This document shows positions 1 to 11,100 of a stretch of DNA of 64,000 nucleotides, piece by piece. Positions within the stretch are counted from its first letter, which is position 1; each line of letters opens with the position of its first letter. The notes under the pieces were generated by a model. That model saw only the letters and a list, made by a program, of their open reading frames with translations. It did not search any database and had not been told where the DNA came from. Both the position numbers and the translations under genes were made by a program. The DNA is from a virus (lineage: Duplodnaviria > Caudoviricetes): positions 107,412 to 171,411 of IMG/VR virus record IMGVR_UViG_3300028833_000068; one strand, given 5' to 3'.

Positions 1-1172
1 CCATATTTCTCTGGGAAACCTTCTTCCTTATATCTATCAATCTGTTTATTAACATTGTTGCTTGTATCTTTTCGCATACTTATAACAGCACTAGCTTCAT
101 CATAGATACAATCTCTTTGTGGATGCTGTGGAACATATATTGAACAATCATCCTTCAATGTCTTATTTATAAAGTCATTTAAATCTCCCTTAAGTTCTAC
201 ATTGCCATCAACCCATATTGAAATATCATAATCATTTAACAACTTATGAGCATTAATCTTAACATATCTTTGCTTCTTAACTTGTGATAAACTCTCTGTT
301 TCCTTTGGTAATGGTTTAATATCCCAAACATCACTTTTTAAAGACGAATTATCAGTAAAACAAACATAATCAAAGTCTTCAGTAATATATGTTGGTTCTA
401 TAAGGGCATCATAACCACCAGTTATGCAAGTATAAACAACTTTCTTGTTTTTTTCCATAGACCAATATCTCTTATACTTTTTAATCCACTCTTCTTGGCT
501 TAGTTTTTGAACTCTTTTAGAACCTAATGGCTTCCAAGAACCACTACCGTAATGAACAACATAATCTTCAAATTTTATGTCTATATGTTTAAACTTTTCT
601 GCTTCTAAGAAAAAAGCTCCACCAGTATCATATCTATCAGCATATTTATTTATCTTATTGCAAACTAAGCCATGCATATAATTTTCATTAAAATAGTGTA
701 CGTCTTTCTCCTTACACATTTTAACATTGATGAAAGTTATAAATGGTAAAACTCTTTTAACTGTGCTCATCTGTTGTGTAATTACTTCCCCAGCATATAT
801 AACATTCTCATCAAATAAATTGGAACAATCTCTCTTTAATAATACATCAGAATCTAGCAATATGAAATTATCGTTTATCAATTCCATACATTTTTCAACA
901 CTATAACAATGTTTTGCACTACCCCATTGATTAATTCTACCTCCAGACCTATTCCTATTGGGATATTTCTCAAGCCATTTATCAAAGTTAATGATTTGAC
1001 CTTTTGTGTTATCTAATACCAATACATTATCATAGAATGCAGTAAATGGGGCTTTATCACTATTATCAAAAATATAGATAATAGCATCGTCAACAAATAA
1101 ATTAATACTCCTCACCAAACATTCGGTAAGGAGAGGAGTATTATAATGTATTATTACAAAACGTTTTTTCAT
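1..1172 (-). CDS. Two-domain glycosyltransferase (GT-A-like N-terminal domain + DUF616-like domain), truncated by window edge
   Basis: Translated by hand (not in ORF track): MKKRFVIIHYNTP...YIFDNSD...FILLDSDVLL (DxD), continuing in frame into KKVVYTCITGGYD...FTD...WVDGN...QHPQRDCIYDE, typical of DUF616-type GTs. Confidence 0.75.
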   Translation of the reverse strand, partial: MKKRFVIIHYNTPLLTECLVRSINLFVDDAIIYIFDNSDKAPFTAFYDNVLVLDNTKGQIINFDKWLEKYPNRNRSGGRINQWGSAKHCYSVEKCMELINDNFILLDSDVLLKRDCSNLFDENVIYAGEVITQQMSTVKRVLPFITFINVKMCKEKDVHYFNENYMHGLVCNKINKYADRYDTGGAFFLEAEKFKHIDIKFEDYVVHYGSGSWKPLGSKRVQKLSQEEWIKKYKRYWSMEKNKKVVYTCITGGYDALIEPTYITEDFDYVCFTDNSSLKSDVWDIKPLPKETESLSQVKKQRYVKINAHKLLNDYDISIWVDGNVELKGDLNDFINKTLKDDCSIYVPQHPQRDCIYDEASAVISMRKDTSNNVNKQIDRYKEEGFPEKY

Positions 1173-1180
1173 TAAAAATT

Positions 1181-2065
1181 TTAACTATTCGCCCAATTAT
1201 TATTATCATTAGGGTCAATACCTTGACGAAGAAGGAACTTTCCAGTTACAATCTTATATTGTTTTGGGTCAAGGTCATAATCAATCAAGTCCCTTGTGAA
1301 ATAGTCATACTTAAATTGTCTCAATTCATCAGAATCATATTCAGAATAATCCCAACCATTTACAATCTTATTGGTTGCCTTGTTAACAGCAAAGTGAGAA
1401 TAACCTTGATTGTTTTGGAATGATTCTTCAGTTAAAGGCTTGTTATTATGCTTACTCTCAATATCTAACATTGCCTCATACCATTCACGAGTCTTTCCAG
1501 GATATTTCTTTCTGATTGCAATATTTCTACGCTCCCAATCAGCATTCGTCATTTTCTCTCTTTGTGTATAATAATCATCCATATATGCCTTGTCATCTAA
1601 TTGGTCTGGAGAAAATGTCCATTCCTTCAAACACTTTTTAACTGACTTTCCAATCATTTGTTGGAGTTGACTTTCAGTTAATCTTATAACTCTATTTTTC
1701 ATCTTTATATTTCTTGATTCCTTTTTAACATATTTGCCATCTCTGTATTCAAGATTACCCTCATGCCAATCTTGAACATCGTTTGCTTGCCTATCAAGTC
1801 TTTTTAACTCTCCATTAGTATATGAGAAAGGCATCTTGGTTTTACCCAACATTCTATCCATTTCGTGACTATCCTTCCTCTGTTTAACCTTATCAACGCC
1901 AAACTGTTTATCACAAGTATCTATTGCATGGTCTCTGAAAGCTTCTGCTTGATTCTTTCTTCTTTCAGCTTCATATGTTGTTATATCTGGGCTGTTTGAT
2001 AACTGCTTTGCTTTCGTTGCAGCAGCATCATAAGTCTTCCAATCCATTTCGTTCATATTAGCCAT
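1181..2065 (-). CDS. Modular hypothetical (putative virion internal) protein carrying the shared LTES tag
   Basis: ORF; likely start MANMNEMDW at 2065 just after the upstream stop; internal NRVIRLTESQLQQMIGKSVKKCLKE. Confidence 0.6.
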   Translation of the reverse strand: MANMNEMDWKTYDAAATKAKQLSNSPDITTYEAERRKNQAEAFRDHAIDTCDKQFGVDKVKQRKDSHEMDRMLGKTKMPFSYTNGELKRLDRQANDVQDWHEGNLEYRDGKYVKKESRNIKMKNRVIRLTESQLQQMIGKSVKKCLKEWTFSPDQLDDKAYMDDYYTQREKMTNADWERRNIAIRKKYPGKTREWYEAMLDIESKHNNKPLTEESFQNNQGYSHFAVNKATNKIVNGWDYSEYDSDELRQFKYDYFTRDLIDYDLDPKQYKIVTGKFLLRQGIDPNDNNNWANS

Positions 2066-2069
2066 GTTC

Positions 2070-2339
2070 TTACCAATTTTTAATCCACTCAGCCTTCTGA
2101 AGTCCTTCATCTAGAGTGTCATTATCTGTACGATATAACTCTGCTGCTTTTGTTCCATCAGCATCATCAATATTGCTCTGAGCATTGTAATCCTTGTCAC
2201 CAAAGACACTACTTACCTTTGTAAGGTCATAGTAAGCACCAACAGCATAATGACCATTAGCACCATATACTACTGAATCTTCATCCAATTTAGCTGCCAT
2301 AGCCTTTAGGATGTCACTATCTTTAAATTTCTTTGTCAT
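2070..2339 (-). CDS. Hypothetical protein
   Basis: 89-aa ORF preceded by the ATATTTATA motif. Confidence 0.6.
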   Translation of the reverse strand: MTKKFKDSDILKAMAAKLDEDSVVYGANGHYAVGAYYDLTKVSSVFGDKDYNAQSNIDDADGTKAAELYRTDNDTLDEGLQKAEWIKNW

Positions 2340-2355
2340 AATTCGAATTATTTCC

Positions 2356-2364
2356 TATAAATAT
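2356..2364 (-). promoter_or_regulatory. Putative phage late-promoter motif ATATTTATA
   Basis: Recurrent motif about 17 nt upstream of the 2339 start. Confidence 0.6.
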
Positions 2365-2395
2365 TTGTTTTTTTCAAAAATTTAACATATCTTTG
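2364..2395 (+). promoter_or_regulatory. Bacteroidota primary-sigma-type promoter (TTTG ... TATCTTTG)
   Basis: Matches the Bacteroides -33 TTTG / -7 TAnnTTTG consensus; the primase ATG follows 5 nt later. Confidence 0.7.
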
Positions 2396-2400
2396 CAATT

Positions 2401-3435
2401 ATGAAACAAGAACTTGAAAAATTATACAATATTCTAACGATATTCCTTGGGGAATCAAAGGGAGGTTTTGATGAGAATAACTTCCAATATCAATTCCCTT
2501 GTCCACACTGTGTTGAAAAATACGGATGGCAAGAAGCACGCAAACATAACCTAGAGGTTAATATCGGAAAAGGGGTTTACAGTTGTTGGAAATGCTCATC
2601 AGAAGGTGATGACATTATGCACGGTTCAATCAAGAAACTAATCAAGGCGTTTGGAAATGAAAAACTCCTTGATGAATATATGTCCATAATGCGTTCCATT
2701 AGGGACAGCGAACTCTATAAATTGCATTTCAGTGATTTTAACATTGATACATCCATTGTTGAAAATGAAGAATTTAAGTTTCCATCAACATTCAAGTTCT
2801 TCAAGAAAGGAGAAAAATGTAATTATGGTGCATTGAAATATCTTAATGATAGAGGAATAGATTGGGATATAATTGAAAGGTATAAGATTGGATATACTGA
2901 GAAAGAGGAAGATTACAAGATGAAGAAATATTCATATCGTGTCATTATACCCTCTTATAATACCCTAGGAGACCTTAATTATTGGGTGGGTAGGGATTAT
3001 CTACCCAAGAGTGATAAATTCCCTTCTAGGACAAAATATGCCAATCCAAAAGCAGAAAAAAAGGAGATAATATTTAATGAGGATAAAATACAATGGGATG
3101 CTGACATAACATTGGTTGAGGGTGCTTTTGACCACATAGTTGTACCTAACTCAATTCCATTGTTGGGTAAGGCATTGGATAAGGATTACAAGTTATATTG
3201 GGATTTGATTACAAAGGCCAATGCCAACGTGAATATCTTCCTTGATTCTGATGCATATCAGACTGTTAAAGAGGTATATAAACTTCTCAATCATGGTAGA
3301 CTGTACGGTAAGGTCAGATATATACTTGTGGAGAATGATGAAGACCCGTCCTCACTGTTTCAAAAGGGGGGATATAAAGAAATTGCTAGGCATCTTGCAA
3401 ATGCCCAACAAATTGATGAAGTGTATTTACAATGA
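2401..3435 (+). CDS. DNA primase (Zn-ribbon + TOPRIM)
   Basis: CPHC...CWKC zinc finger, RVIIP...GR...KY-NP, LVEGAFD and FLDSD TOPRIM motifs. Confidence 0.9.
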   Translation: MKQELEKLYNILTIFLGESKGGFDENNFQYQFPCPHCVEKYGWQEARKHNLEVNIGKGVYSCWKCSSEGDDIMHGSIKKLIKAFGNEKLLDEYMSIMRSIRDSELYKLHFSDFNIDTSIVENEEFKFPSTFKFFKKGEKCNYGALKYLNDRGIDWDIIERYKIGYTEKEEDYKMKKYSYRVIIPSYNTLGDLNYWVGRDYLPKSDKFPSRTKYANPKAEKKEIIFNEDKIQWDADITLVEGAFDHIVVPNSIPLLGKALDKDYKLYWDLITKANANVNIFLDSDAYQTVKEVYKLLNHGRLYGKVRYILVENDEDPSSLFQKGGYKEIARHLANAQQIDEVYLQ

Positions 3436-3753
3436 TAACCAACCAATTTCAACACTTATATCATCCCTACAGTAGCTGTAAGTGACAGTGGTGACATCGA
3501 AACCATTTGACTTATACTTTGTCTTAATCCTGTCTGCAAGAGTTTCTAACTGTCCCTTTGACAATTCAACCTTCATGTACCTTTTAGTAGTATATTTGAC
3601 AGAAAAGTCTACTGACATTTTCCCATCCTTTGCTGCTGTTTCTATCATTGCGTCAATTGCGTTGTACAGACTGTCAAGTGCATCTTGAGTACAAGCCATA
3701 CAAACACTCTTATAGGCATAGCTACGTGCCATTGCTGCATTAATCATATTCAA
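3427..3753 (-). CDS. Hypothetical protein
   Basis: 108-aa ORF, start overlaps the stop of 3750..4112. Confidence 0.6.
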   Translation of the reverse strand: MNMINAAMARSYAYKSVCMACTQDALDSLYNAIDAMIETAAKDGKMSVDFSVKYTTKRYMKVELSKGQLETLADRIKTKYKSNGFDVTTVTYSYCRDDISVEIGWLSL

Positions 3754-4112
3754 TCTATTCTTTCAAGTTTAACTTCAATTACACCTCCCTGCCATGATGA
3801 CAGTAACATACAGCCCCAGTTTTCTGAGACAGCTAGAGCGGTCTTAACCTTTTCGTTTTTGTAGTCTACCTCTATTATTGGTAGACCACCATTAAGGATT
3901 AAATTATTTATCTTCTCTTGAGACTCCCAATCAAGATACTCAAAATCATAAGGAGCAGCTTGCTCTTGAGGATTGTTAACATCCTTTCCGTATACCCTAT
4001 ATGGTTTGCCACTCCTCAGCAAACGAATCTCGTATACTCTAACAATGCTGTTAAGGATTCTTCCCTCATAAGCCACATTAAATGGCTCTTTTAATACTAC
4101 TTTATTAGACAT
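3750..4112 (-). CDS. Hypothetical protein (early-type)
   Basis: 120-aa ORF downstream of TATATTTG (4131-4138, minus strand). Confidence 0.65.
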   Translation of the reverse strand: MSNKVVLKEPFNVAYEGRILNSIVRVYEIRLLRSGKPYRVYGKDVNNPQEQAAPYDFEYLDWESQEKINNLILNGGLPIIEVDYKNEKVKTALAVSENWGCMLLSSWQGGVIEVKLERID

Positions 4113-4130
4113 TTTTTACTTCACTTTTTG

Positions 4131-4138
4131 CAAATATA
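4131..4138 (-). promoter_or_regulatory. Bacteroidota-type -7 element TATATTTG
   Basis: TAnnTTTG followed by CA, as in the other copies. Confidence 0.6.
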
Positions 4139-4144
4139 CGAAAA

Positions 4145-4179
4145 AAAATTGAGGTGACAAAACTATCACCCCAATTTTT
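4145..4179. terminator. Intrinsic terminator hairpin
   Basis: aaaattgaggtga...tcaccccaatttt inverted repeat just past the 4188 stop. Confidence 0.65.
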
Positions 4180-4187
4180 AACATATT

Positions 4188-6842
4188 TTATGATTCATTT
4201 TGAACTGTCCATTTATTATCTTCATCTATTCCTGGAATACCATCATTTCCTATTGGCCAAGTAACACCATTTTTCTTTACAAATGTACCATTCTCTGCTA
4301 CATTAAATACCCAATCATTTGTGCATTGATATGCTGATATATCAGTTGAAAGGCACTTTATATAGTTAAGACTTATACAGTCGCAAAACATCTCTCCACA
4401 AGAATAATCTGCCATTTTAGTTACTTGAAGTTCTGGCGCTGTTTCTAATGCTGAACATCCTTTGAACATACCATTATAGCAATATTTCGTCAATGTCGTT
4501 GCTGACAATGTTGTTGCAGTTGTAGAAGTCAAACTAGTACAATCGTGGAACATATACGTATAACAACCCTCAGCTAATGTGGTAGCGGGAAGACTCGGAG
4601 TTTCTGTTAAATTCCTACAATTTTCAAACATTTGTTTATAACAAGAATTTCCTAACACAGTTGCTGGCAGATTTGGTGGCGTTGTTATACTAGTTCCATT
4701 GAACATATATGCATAAGCTAACATAGGCACATATTGGGCGGCTAATAAATCACTAGGAACGCTAGTAATTCCACTACAACCAGCAAACATACTAGAATAA
4801 CACTGGTCTGCTAATACTGTTGCTGGTAACAATCCACTAGGAACACTAGTTAGTTTAGTGCCTCCAAACATACCAGCATAACATCCACTTGCAAGTTCAG
4901 TTGATGGTAAATAATTCCAACTAAGGCTTGTAATTCCACTACATCCGCCAAACATATTACTATAGCAATCTTTTTCCATCTTTGTTGCGCTTAAGATAGG
5001 AAGGCTTGTCAAATTAGTATCTGCAAACATATACCCATAACAACCCTCAGCTAATGTGGTAGCGGGAAGTTCTGGGCCTTCTACTAAGTTATTACAGTCA
5101 TAGAACATACCATAATAACAATATTTAGTCAATGTAGCTGGAACTAATTTAATTCCACTTGCATCAGTTAAACCAGTACAATTCATAAATAAATTAACAA
5201 ATGGTCCATCTATTTCCCCAGTCCCACTTGCCTTACTAGGGAATTTTGTTTTATCTGCAAAGAAATCTCCGTATAGTAATGATAATGGATTTCCACTTAC
5301 TTTAAATTTTAAATTACTTGTAGTAAAAGTTCCTATACCAGGAGATGCTTGATAACCTGGAACTTCATTTGGCATAAGTTCTCCTTTAAAATAAATTACA
5401 TCACCCACATTAAGAGAATCAACGTTAAGCCTTTGTTCACCGTGTTCTGTACTTGCATTTGGCACTTCTTGCCAAGTTGCCCCTTTATCAAGAGAAGCAT
5501 ATAACTTACCACTAGTAGTTCTATTAGTCCAATAAATTGCAGTTCCCCAATCTGCTGGGTCTACTGTTAATTTTTCAGTAATTTCAAATGTTAAATATTC
5601 AGAACAAGCAACTGCTCCCATATATTGTTCTATATAAATTGTCTTTCCACTTTCACACTCTTCATCAGAACTAGTTAATTTTGGAGTACAAGTACCACTT
5701 ATAGTTTGTTGTGTATTATTCTCTTTAAACTTAATTAAGACTGACCTACCATCTGAGTCCAAAAATGGACTTCCGTCATTGTTAATTGTTCCTTCTGTCT
5801 CTACAAAAACGAAATTGTTAAAGTCTGATTCATTTTGTACAGTATATGCTGTAATTGTTCCGCCAGCTTGAGGTACATAGAACTTTTCTTGTGCTCGACT
5901 AATAGAAGAACAAGAGAAACTTGTTTTAGCCAATTGTGTAATAGTTATATCACTATTTTCACATTCAATTCCATTATTTTTCGCCTTAATGGTAAATATT
6001 CTATCAGACCCTGTATTGTTTTCATAAATCTTTGTGATTTTAATTGGATTGGCAGAAGTATTTATATCTATTATTCCGTCAGTAGAGCTTTGGAAACCAT
6101 TAATAAACACAGATGTTGTAAACGAACAACCGCTTCTTCCAATATTATACAAGTTTATATCTGTCGTTCTACCGCTATAAGGAATTATAGTATCACTTTG
6201 ACTTAAAACCTTAGATAAGAATTGGCAACAATCAATCAACAATGGTGTTGCATGTAATTGCTTTATATTAACAACTTTATCATTACAAAGTTCATTATTA
6301 AAATAAGGCTTTATTGTTATATTATTATCAAGAAATATAGAGGTATTTTGTTTTGCAGATATATTAAAAGAATTACTATTTTTAATGGTTTCCTCAACGG
6401 TTCCATCAACCTCAAAAGTAAACAAGTCCTTGCAAGCACTGTCAAAATTATAAATGTTATAACTTTGCATTGCATTTGCTGGTATCGTAAGTCCATCAAG
6501 ATAACTACTAGTTAAAGAACTGCAAGCACATGTAACACCAAAACCTTTTTGTACAATTGTCACTTGAGCAGCGTTAAATCCACTACATCTTTCACCATTA
6601 ATGAATGGTTCAATTGTAACTATAGTTCCCCTATCAGCTTCGTTAGGGTTTGATTTTGCTTTAAGAGTTATTCTGTTGTCAGCAATGCTAGATAGTGATA
6701 ACCAATCACTAGCAGTACTAGGTATATTTATGGAACTATCATAAATTTGCATTGACCCATCACTACATTCATCGCTTATACTATAGACAATTGCAATATT
6801 GTGTTCATTTCTATCAATTTGTATCGAACGATTATCAGCCAT
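4188..6842 (-). CDS. Putative virion-surface/receptor-binding protein: BACON/Ig-like repeats + leucine-rich repeats (BspA/DUF285-like)
   Basis: N-terminal SDWLS...N...R...VTIVQKG BACON-like repeats; C-terminal tandem LPATTLAxxCYxxMFxxC repeats. Confidence 0.7.
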   Translation of the reverse strand: MADNRSIQIDRNEHNIAIVYSISDECSDGSMQIYDSSINIPSTASDWLSLSSIADNRITLKAKSNPNEADRGTIVTIEPFINGERCSGFNAAQVTIVQKGFGVTCACSSLTSSYLDGLTIPANAMQSYNIYNFDSACKDLFTFEVDGTVEETIKNSNSFNISAKQNTSIFLDNNITIKPYFNNELCNDKVVNIKQLHATPLLIDCCQFLSKVLSQSDTIIPYSGRTTDINLYNIGRSGCSFTTSVFINGFQSSTDGIIDINTSANPIKITKIYENNTGSDRIFTIKAKNNGIECENSDITITQLAKTSFSCSSISRAQEKFYVPQAGGTITAYTVQNESDFNNFVFVETEGTINNDGSPFLDSDGRSVLIKFKENNTQQTISGTCTPKLTSSDEECESGKTIYIEQYMGAVACSEYLTFEITEKLTVDPADWGTAIYWTNRTTSGKLYASLDKGATWQEVPNASTEHGEQRLNVDSLNVGDVIYFKGELMPNEVPGYQASPGIGTFTTSNLKFKVSGNPLSLLYGDFFADKTKFPSKASGTGEIDGPFVNLFMNCTGLTDASGIKLVPATLTKYCYYGMFYDCNNLVEGPELPATTLAEGCYGYMFADTNLTSLPILSATKMEKDCYSNMFGGCSGITSLSWNYLPSTELASGCYAGMFGGTKLTSVPSGLLPATVLADQCYSSMFAGCSGITSVPSDLLAAQYVPMLAYAYMFNGTSITTPPNLPATVLGNSCYKQMFENCRNLTETPSLPATTLAEGCYTYMFHDCTSLTSTTATTLSATTLTKYCYNGMFKGCSALETAPELQVTKMADYSCGEMFCDCISLNYIKCLSTDISAYQCTNDWVFNVAENGTFVKKNGVTWPIGNDGIPGIDEDNKWTVQNES

Positions 6843-6884
6843 AAAAATTATTTTTTTATTTGAATTATTATTTGAAACATTTAT

Positions 6885-7070
6885 TTAATTTTCCTCAAGG
6901 GAAATATATTTCTTAACATACTTATCAATATCTATTATCCTACCATCCTCATCAAAAAGTTTATATGTGGATATTCCATTTTTATTAATCCCAAACACCA
7001 CTTTATTATATGGTATATACTTTTCAATTGATGACCATGTTATATCATCTTCACCATATATTCTAGACAT
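6885..7070 (-). CDS. Hypothetical protein
   Basis: 61-aa ORF starting 2 nt after the amidase stop. Confidence 0.5.
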   Translation of the reverse strand: MSRIYGEDDITWSSIEKYIPYNKVVFGINKNGISTYKLFDEDGRIIDIDKYVKKYISLEEN

Positions 7071-7072
7071 GA

Positions 7073-7720
7073 TTATTTCCCTTTCTTATAATTAATAAAA
7101 TCAATTATTCCCTCAACGTGAAGTCTCACAACACCATGAACACCTTCGTCAGATGTAAGATATTTAAGGTCTTCCTTATTATCATAAAAGAAGTTTTCTG
7201 TTAATACAGCAGCACACTTTGCCTTTTTAATGATGTAGAAGTCTGCTTCCTTATCTCTATCACCATCAGTCCAATCTTCCCTTATCTTTCTACCTTTTAA
7301 ATTGGAATCTGCCCTCTTATAAAGGAAATCAGCCAATGTATCTGAAATTGTCTTTCCTCTTGTAGTATATGCTTCCCAACCCTTTCCATTCATCCATTGT
7401 GATGAATCTCCAACAGCATTCGCATGAACTGATACAAGAAGAACATTTGAAGCACCTTCCTTATTACAAATTGTGTTTATTCTTCTAATCCTTTCAGCTA
7501 ATGAAACATCTACTGTTTCTGGGGTAACCAATCTAGCATCATATTTCATATCTTTTAGTTTATCAACTATCATTTCAGATATTACTCTAGTATACTTCCA
7601 TTCTTTGAATCTACCCTTTTCAACGAAGTCAGAAGGAACATTTAAGTCACTACCTTCAAGAATCGGGGATTGCTTTCCGAGCGTATTATACCCATGTCCG
7701 TTATCTATTAATATTATCAT
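7073..7720 (-). CDS. N-acetylmuramoyl-L-alanine amidase (Amidase_3), probable endolysin
   Basis: ILIDNGHG, E, SVHANA, VLTENFFYDN zinc-amidase motifs. Confidence 0.92.
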   Translation of the reverse strand: MIILIDNGHGYNTLGKQSPILEGSDLNVPSDFVEKGRFKEWKYTRVISEMIVDKLKDMKYDARLVTPETVDVSLAERIRRINTICNKEGASNVLLVSVHANAVGDSSQWMNGKGWEAYTTRGKTISDTLADFLYKRADSNLKGRKIREDWTDGDRDKEADFYIIKKAKCAAVLTENFFYDNKEDLKYLTSDEGVHGVVRLHVEGIIDFINYKKGK

Positions 7721-7736
7721 AATATTTGTTTTTTCA

Positions 7737-7746
7737 TATAAATATC
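7737..7746 (-). promoter_or_regulatory. Putative late-promoter motif GATATTTATA
   Basis: About 17 nt upstream of the amidase start. Confidence 0.6.
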
Positions 7747-7763
7747 TTATTTTTTATAAAAAG

Positions 7764-8075
7764 ATGGGATACGTTTATTTAATTGGAGAAGAAAATGATG
7801 AAAGCAAATATAAAATTGGTTCAACCAAATGCAAAGACATTAACAATAGGTTGAAACAACTTCAAACTGGGAATTCCAATCCTTTATTTATTCGTGAATA
7901 CTATGAGACATCACGTCCATTCAAGTTGGAAACAATGCTCCATAATAGATTCAAGAATAATAATGTCATTGGAGAGTGGTTTGAACTAAGTGACGATGAT
8001 ATAAAAGCGTTCAAAGATGAATGCGAGCATTTTCAAACCATAATTGATAGTTTAAAAGAAAATCCGTACTTCTAA
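7764..8075 (+). CDS. T5orf172/MUG113-type GIY-YIG domain protein
   Basis: MGYVYLI...YKIG-T...RLKQLQTGN...E..LH..F...GEWF; true start is the ATG at 7764, not the longer 7473 ORF. Confidence 0.85.
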   Translation: MGYVYLIGEENDESKYKIGSTKCKDINNRLKQLQTGNSNPLFIREYYETSRPFKLETMLHNRFKNNNVIGEWFELSDDDIKAFKDECEHFQTIIDSLKENPYF

Positions 8076-8092
8076 ATGAAATACGGATTTTC
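8058..8092. terminator. Bidirectional terminator hairpin
   Basis: gaaaatccgta...tacggattttc between convergent genes. Confidence 0.7.
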
Positions 8093-8105
8093 CTTATTTA
8101 AGAGT

Positions 8106-11100
8106 TTATTGCTTATTCTCTAGATTTTCCAATCTTGCTTTCAAGTCCATTATGGTGTTCTTCAAAGCTTCATTTTCATTCTCAAGATAGCCAATCTTAA
8201 GCATCATTAATGATGTATAATCAACTGCCTTATAGCCATCTTCCTTGGTGAAAACAATCTCATTAAGACCTTGTTCTTCAACCTCTTGTGCAATGATACC
8301 ATAGACCTTATCCTTATTTGGATTATCCTTGAAGTTGAATTCCTTAATCTCAACCTTTCTTGCTGCAATCTTCTTGTTGATGTCAGCATTGTTGATATTC
8401 TCTTTCAAGTTAACGTCTGATGAATAGATTGCACTAGTTGCAGTAATTTGTCCAGCAACGTTTAAAGAACCTGGAACATTAAGAGTTGTTGTAGCTGCAT
8501 CCCAGTTTGTAAGATGTTGCAACTGATTTGCAATTCTCAATGTTGTTGCAGTTGACCCATTATAGGTTGTATCACTTGTGCTAGGAACGCCAGTTTGTAC
8601 TGTAAGTGCTGCCAAATCATTTGTAAGTTCACTCGTACTAGTAGGCACTGTGATGTTAATCGTTGAAACACCAGTTGGATTATAAGTTCCAACATTTGTG
8701 CCATTCTTCTGAATTGTAAGTGTTTGAACTCCACTCAAATGGCTTAAATTACTTGGAATATTAAATGATTTTCCAGTCGAACCATTATATCCAGCACCAT
8801 CGGCAGATGGAGCGCCTAAAGCCCAAGTAAGCGAACTCAAGTCATTTGTGAATGCCTTTATTGTTGTTGGTAAACTAAATGTTGCATTTCCATCCTTTGG
8901 ATTAAATGTAGTAGTTCCACCAGTTTGGTCTTTTAAGGTAAGAGTGCCAACACCATCCAAATGAGACAATGAGCTTGGAATTGTAATACCCTTTGCGCTA
9001 GAACCATTATATCCAGTAGAATCAGCAATCGGTGTACCTAATGACCAAGTTAATTTCTCTAGGTCATTGTCCAAATCACTTATTTTAGTTACTCCAGTGA
9101 TAGTAATTGCTGTACTAGTTCCTGGATGGAATGTAACAGTATTCAAACCTTGTGTTATGGTAAAAGTGCTATTCTTAATGGTGTTTTCAACTCCAGTTGC
9201 ACGACTAATTTCATTAGTAATTGCAGTTTGTAATTCAGTTTCAGCACTAGTTGCACGTGTTACCTCATTGCTGATTGCAGTTTGTAAGTTTCCACTAATA
9301 GCATTTACTTCTGATTTTGTATAATAATTGCTTGGGTCAAATATTTGATTAAGTTCAATTTTTATAGTTTCTTGACCAGCATCTGTATTAAATACTATAA
9401 CAAGTTGTCTATTAGTGTTATCAAGATATACTGAATTAACCATTCCATCCTTAATGAAATTAGTTGCATCAATGCTATCTATAATTACACCATTTTTATT
9501 TTTGAAATCAATGGTTTTACCACTTGGGTTATAGTCAGCGTAATGAACAGCATCAGCCTTTCTTTCACTGATTTCAGTGTTAAGCGCTGTTTGTAACGTT
9601 GTCTCAGCATTAGTTGCACGTGTAACTTCATTATCAATTGCAGTTCGCAATGCTGTATCAGCAGTTGTACGATTAGTAATCTCAGTTTCTAATGCGCCAC
9701 TTAATGCATTATCAAAGTTTGTTGAACGAGTAACTTCTGCTGTCAAGTCAGCTTGCAATTGGTCATCTCTATTACTTGAACGAGTAATCTCAGCATTAAG
9801 ATTTGAAGTTAATGTGCTCTCAGCATTAGTTGCACGTGTTCTCTCAGTATCAATTGCAGTATTCAATGCTGTTTCAGCACTTTGAGCACGATTCTTCTCT
9901 GCTGTAATCTTATCATCTAAGTCATTCTCAGCATTGGTTGCACGAGTTACCTCATTACTGATTGCAGTTTCATTTGCAGAAATCTTAGTATCATGTTCAT
10001 TATCCTTTGCAACTGAATGACTAATCTCATTATCAAGCTTAGTGTTAAGAGTTGTTTCTGCGCTGATTGCACGATTTGTCTCAGTTACAATTTCATTATG
10101 TAATGTTGTCTCAGCACTCGTTGCACGAGTAGTTTCTGCTATTAAATCTGTGCGCAATTGATTTTCAACTCCAGTCGCACGAGTTTCCTCTGCATTAACA
10201 TCATTGATTCTATCTTGAATCTCAGTGTTCAATGCTCCGCTTAAAGCGTTAAACTTAGCAGTTACATTATTAGTGTCAGCAGTTGTAAATCCAGTACCAA
10301 TCTTATCGGTTAGAATTGTTTCAGCACTAATAGCACGATTTCTTTCCTCAGTGTCCGCACTAACTCTATAATCTATCTCCTCATTAATTAGATTTCTTAA
10401 TGCATTATCTTCACTTGCTCTATCAATACCTTCTTGGATAAGTTTATCATTTAATACACCAAACTGATATGTAACTGTTTCAAATGCATTACTAGAGAAA
10501 CCGCTACCAATCGTTGATTTAATATCTGATATATCATTGTCGTGCTCATGGTCCTTTTGTTCAGAACGCTCAATTTCAGCATTTAATACATCTCTTATTT
10601 CATTTTCAACACTAGTTGCACGTTGTATCTCGTGATTAATATCATAAGCATTCTTAGTAATACCACTATTTGAAACATAGAGTGCATTGTTTTCATAATC
10701 AATTACGAGAATATTATCATCTTTTGGTGATGTTGTTGCACTAGCATAAAGAATGTCTGAACCAGTTGCAGCACTAACTCTTCTTAACTTAATTGCTTGG
10801 TTATCGTTGTCATCAGCTGGTTTCCATTCATTAATTAATCCTCTCAAAGGAATACGCTCCTCTTTACGAGTTGTTCCTGAATAGTAGACAATAACCAATG
10901 TCTCGTCACTTGGGTCATAGGTTATGCTATCAATGAATGAAATATTGTCAACAACTGCCTCTCTAGTATTAACACCAGTAGACTGAGTTGAGTCTGAATA
11001 GTAAAGTATAATCTTTGTGCCCCCACTATAATTTTCAGTCTTCAAATCAATAAAATTAAATAAACCATCTTCTAATAGTCTGATTGTATTACCACTTTGA

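Noticed and set aside
7473-7763. N-terminal extension of the T5orf172 ORF given in the ORF track
   Set aside because: Overlaps the amidase on the opposite strand; the domain starts at ATG 7764
9500-10650. CRISPR-like or DNA-level repeat array (recurrent gttgcacg)
   Set aside because: Repeats are degenerate, in frame and encode the E-x-T-R-A-T coiled coil of the tail fibre; no constant repeat/spacer structure
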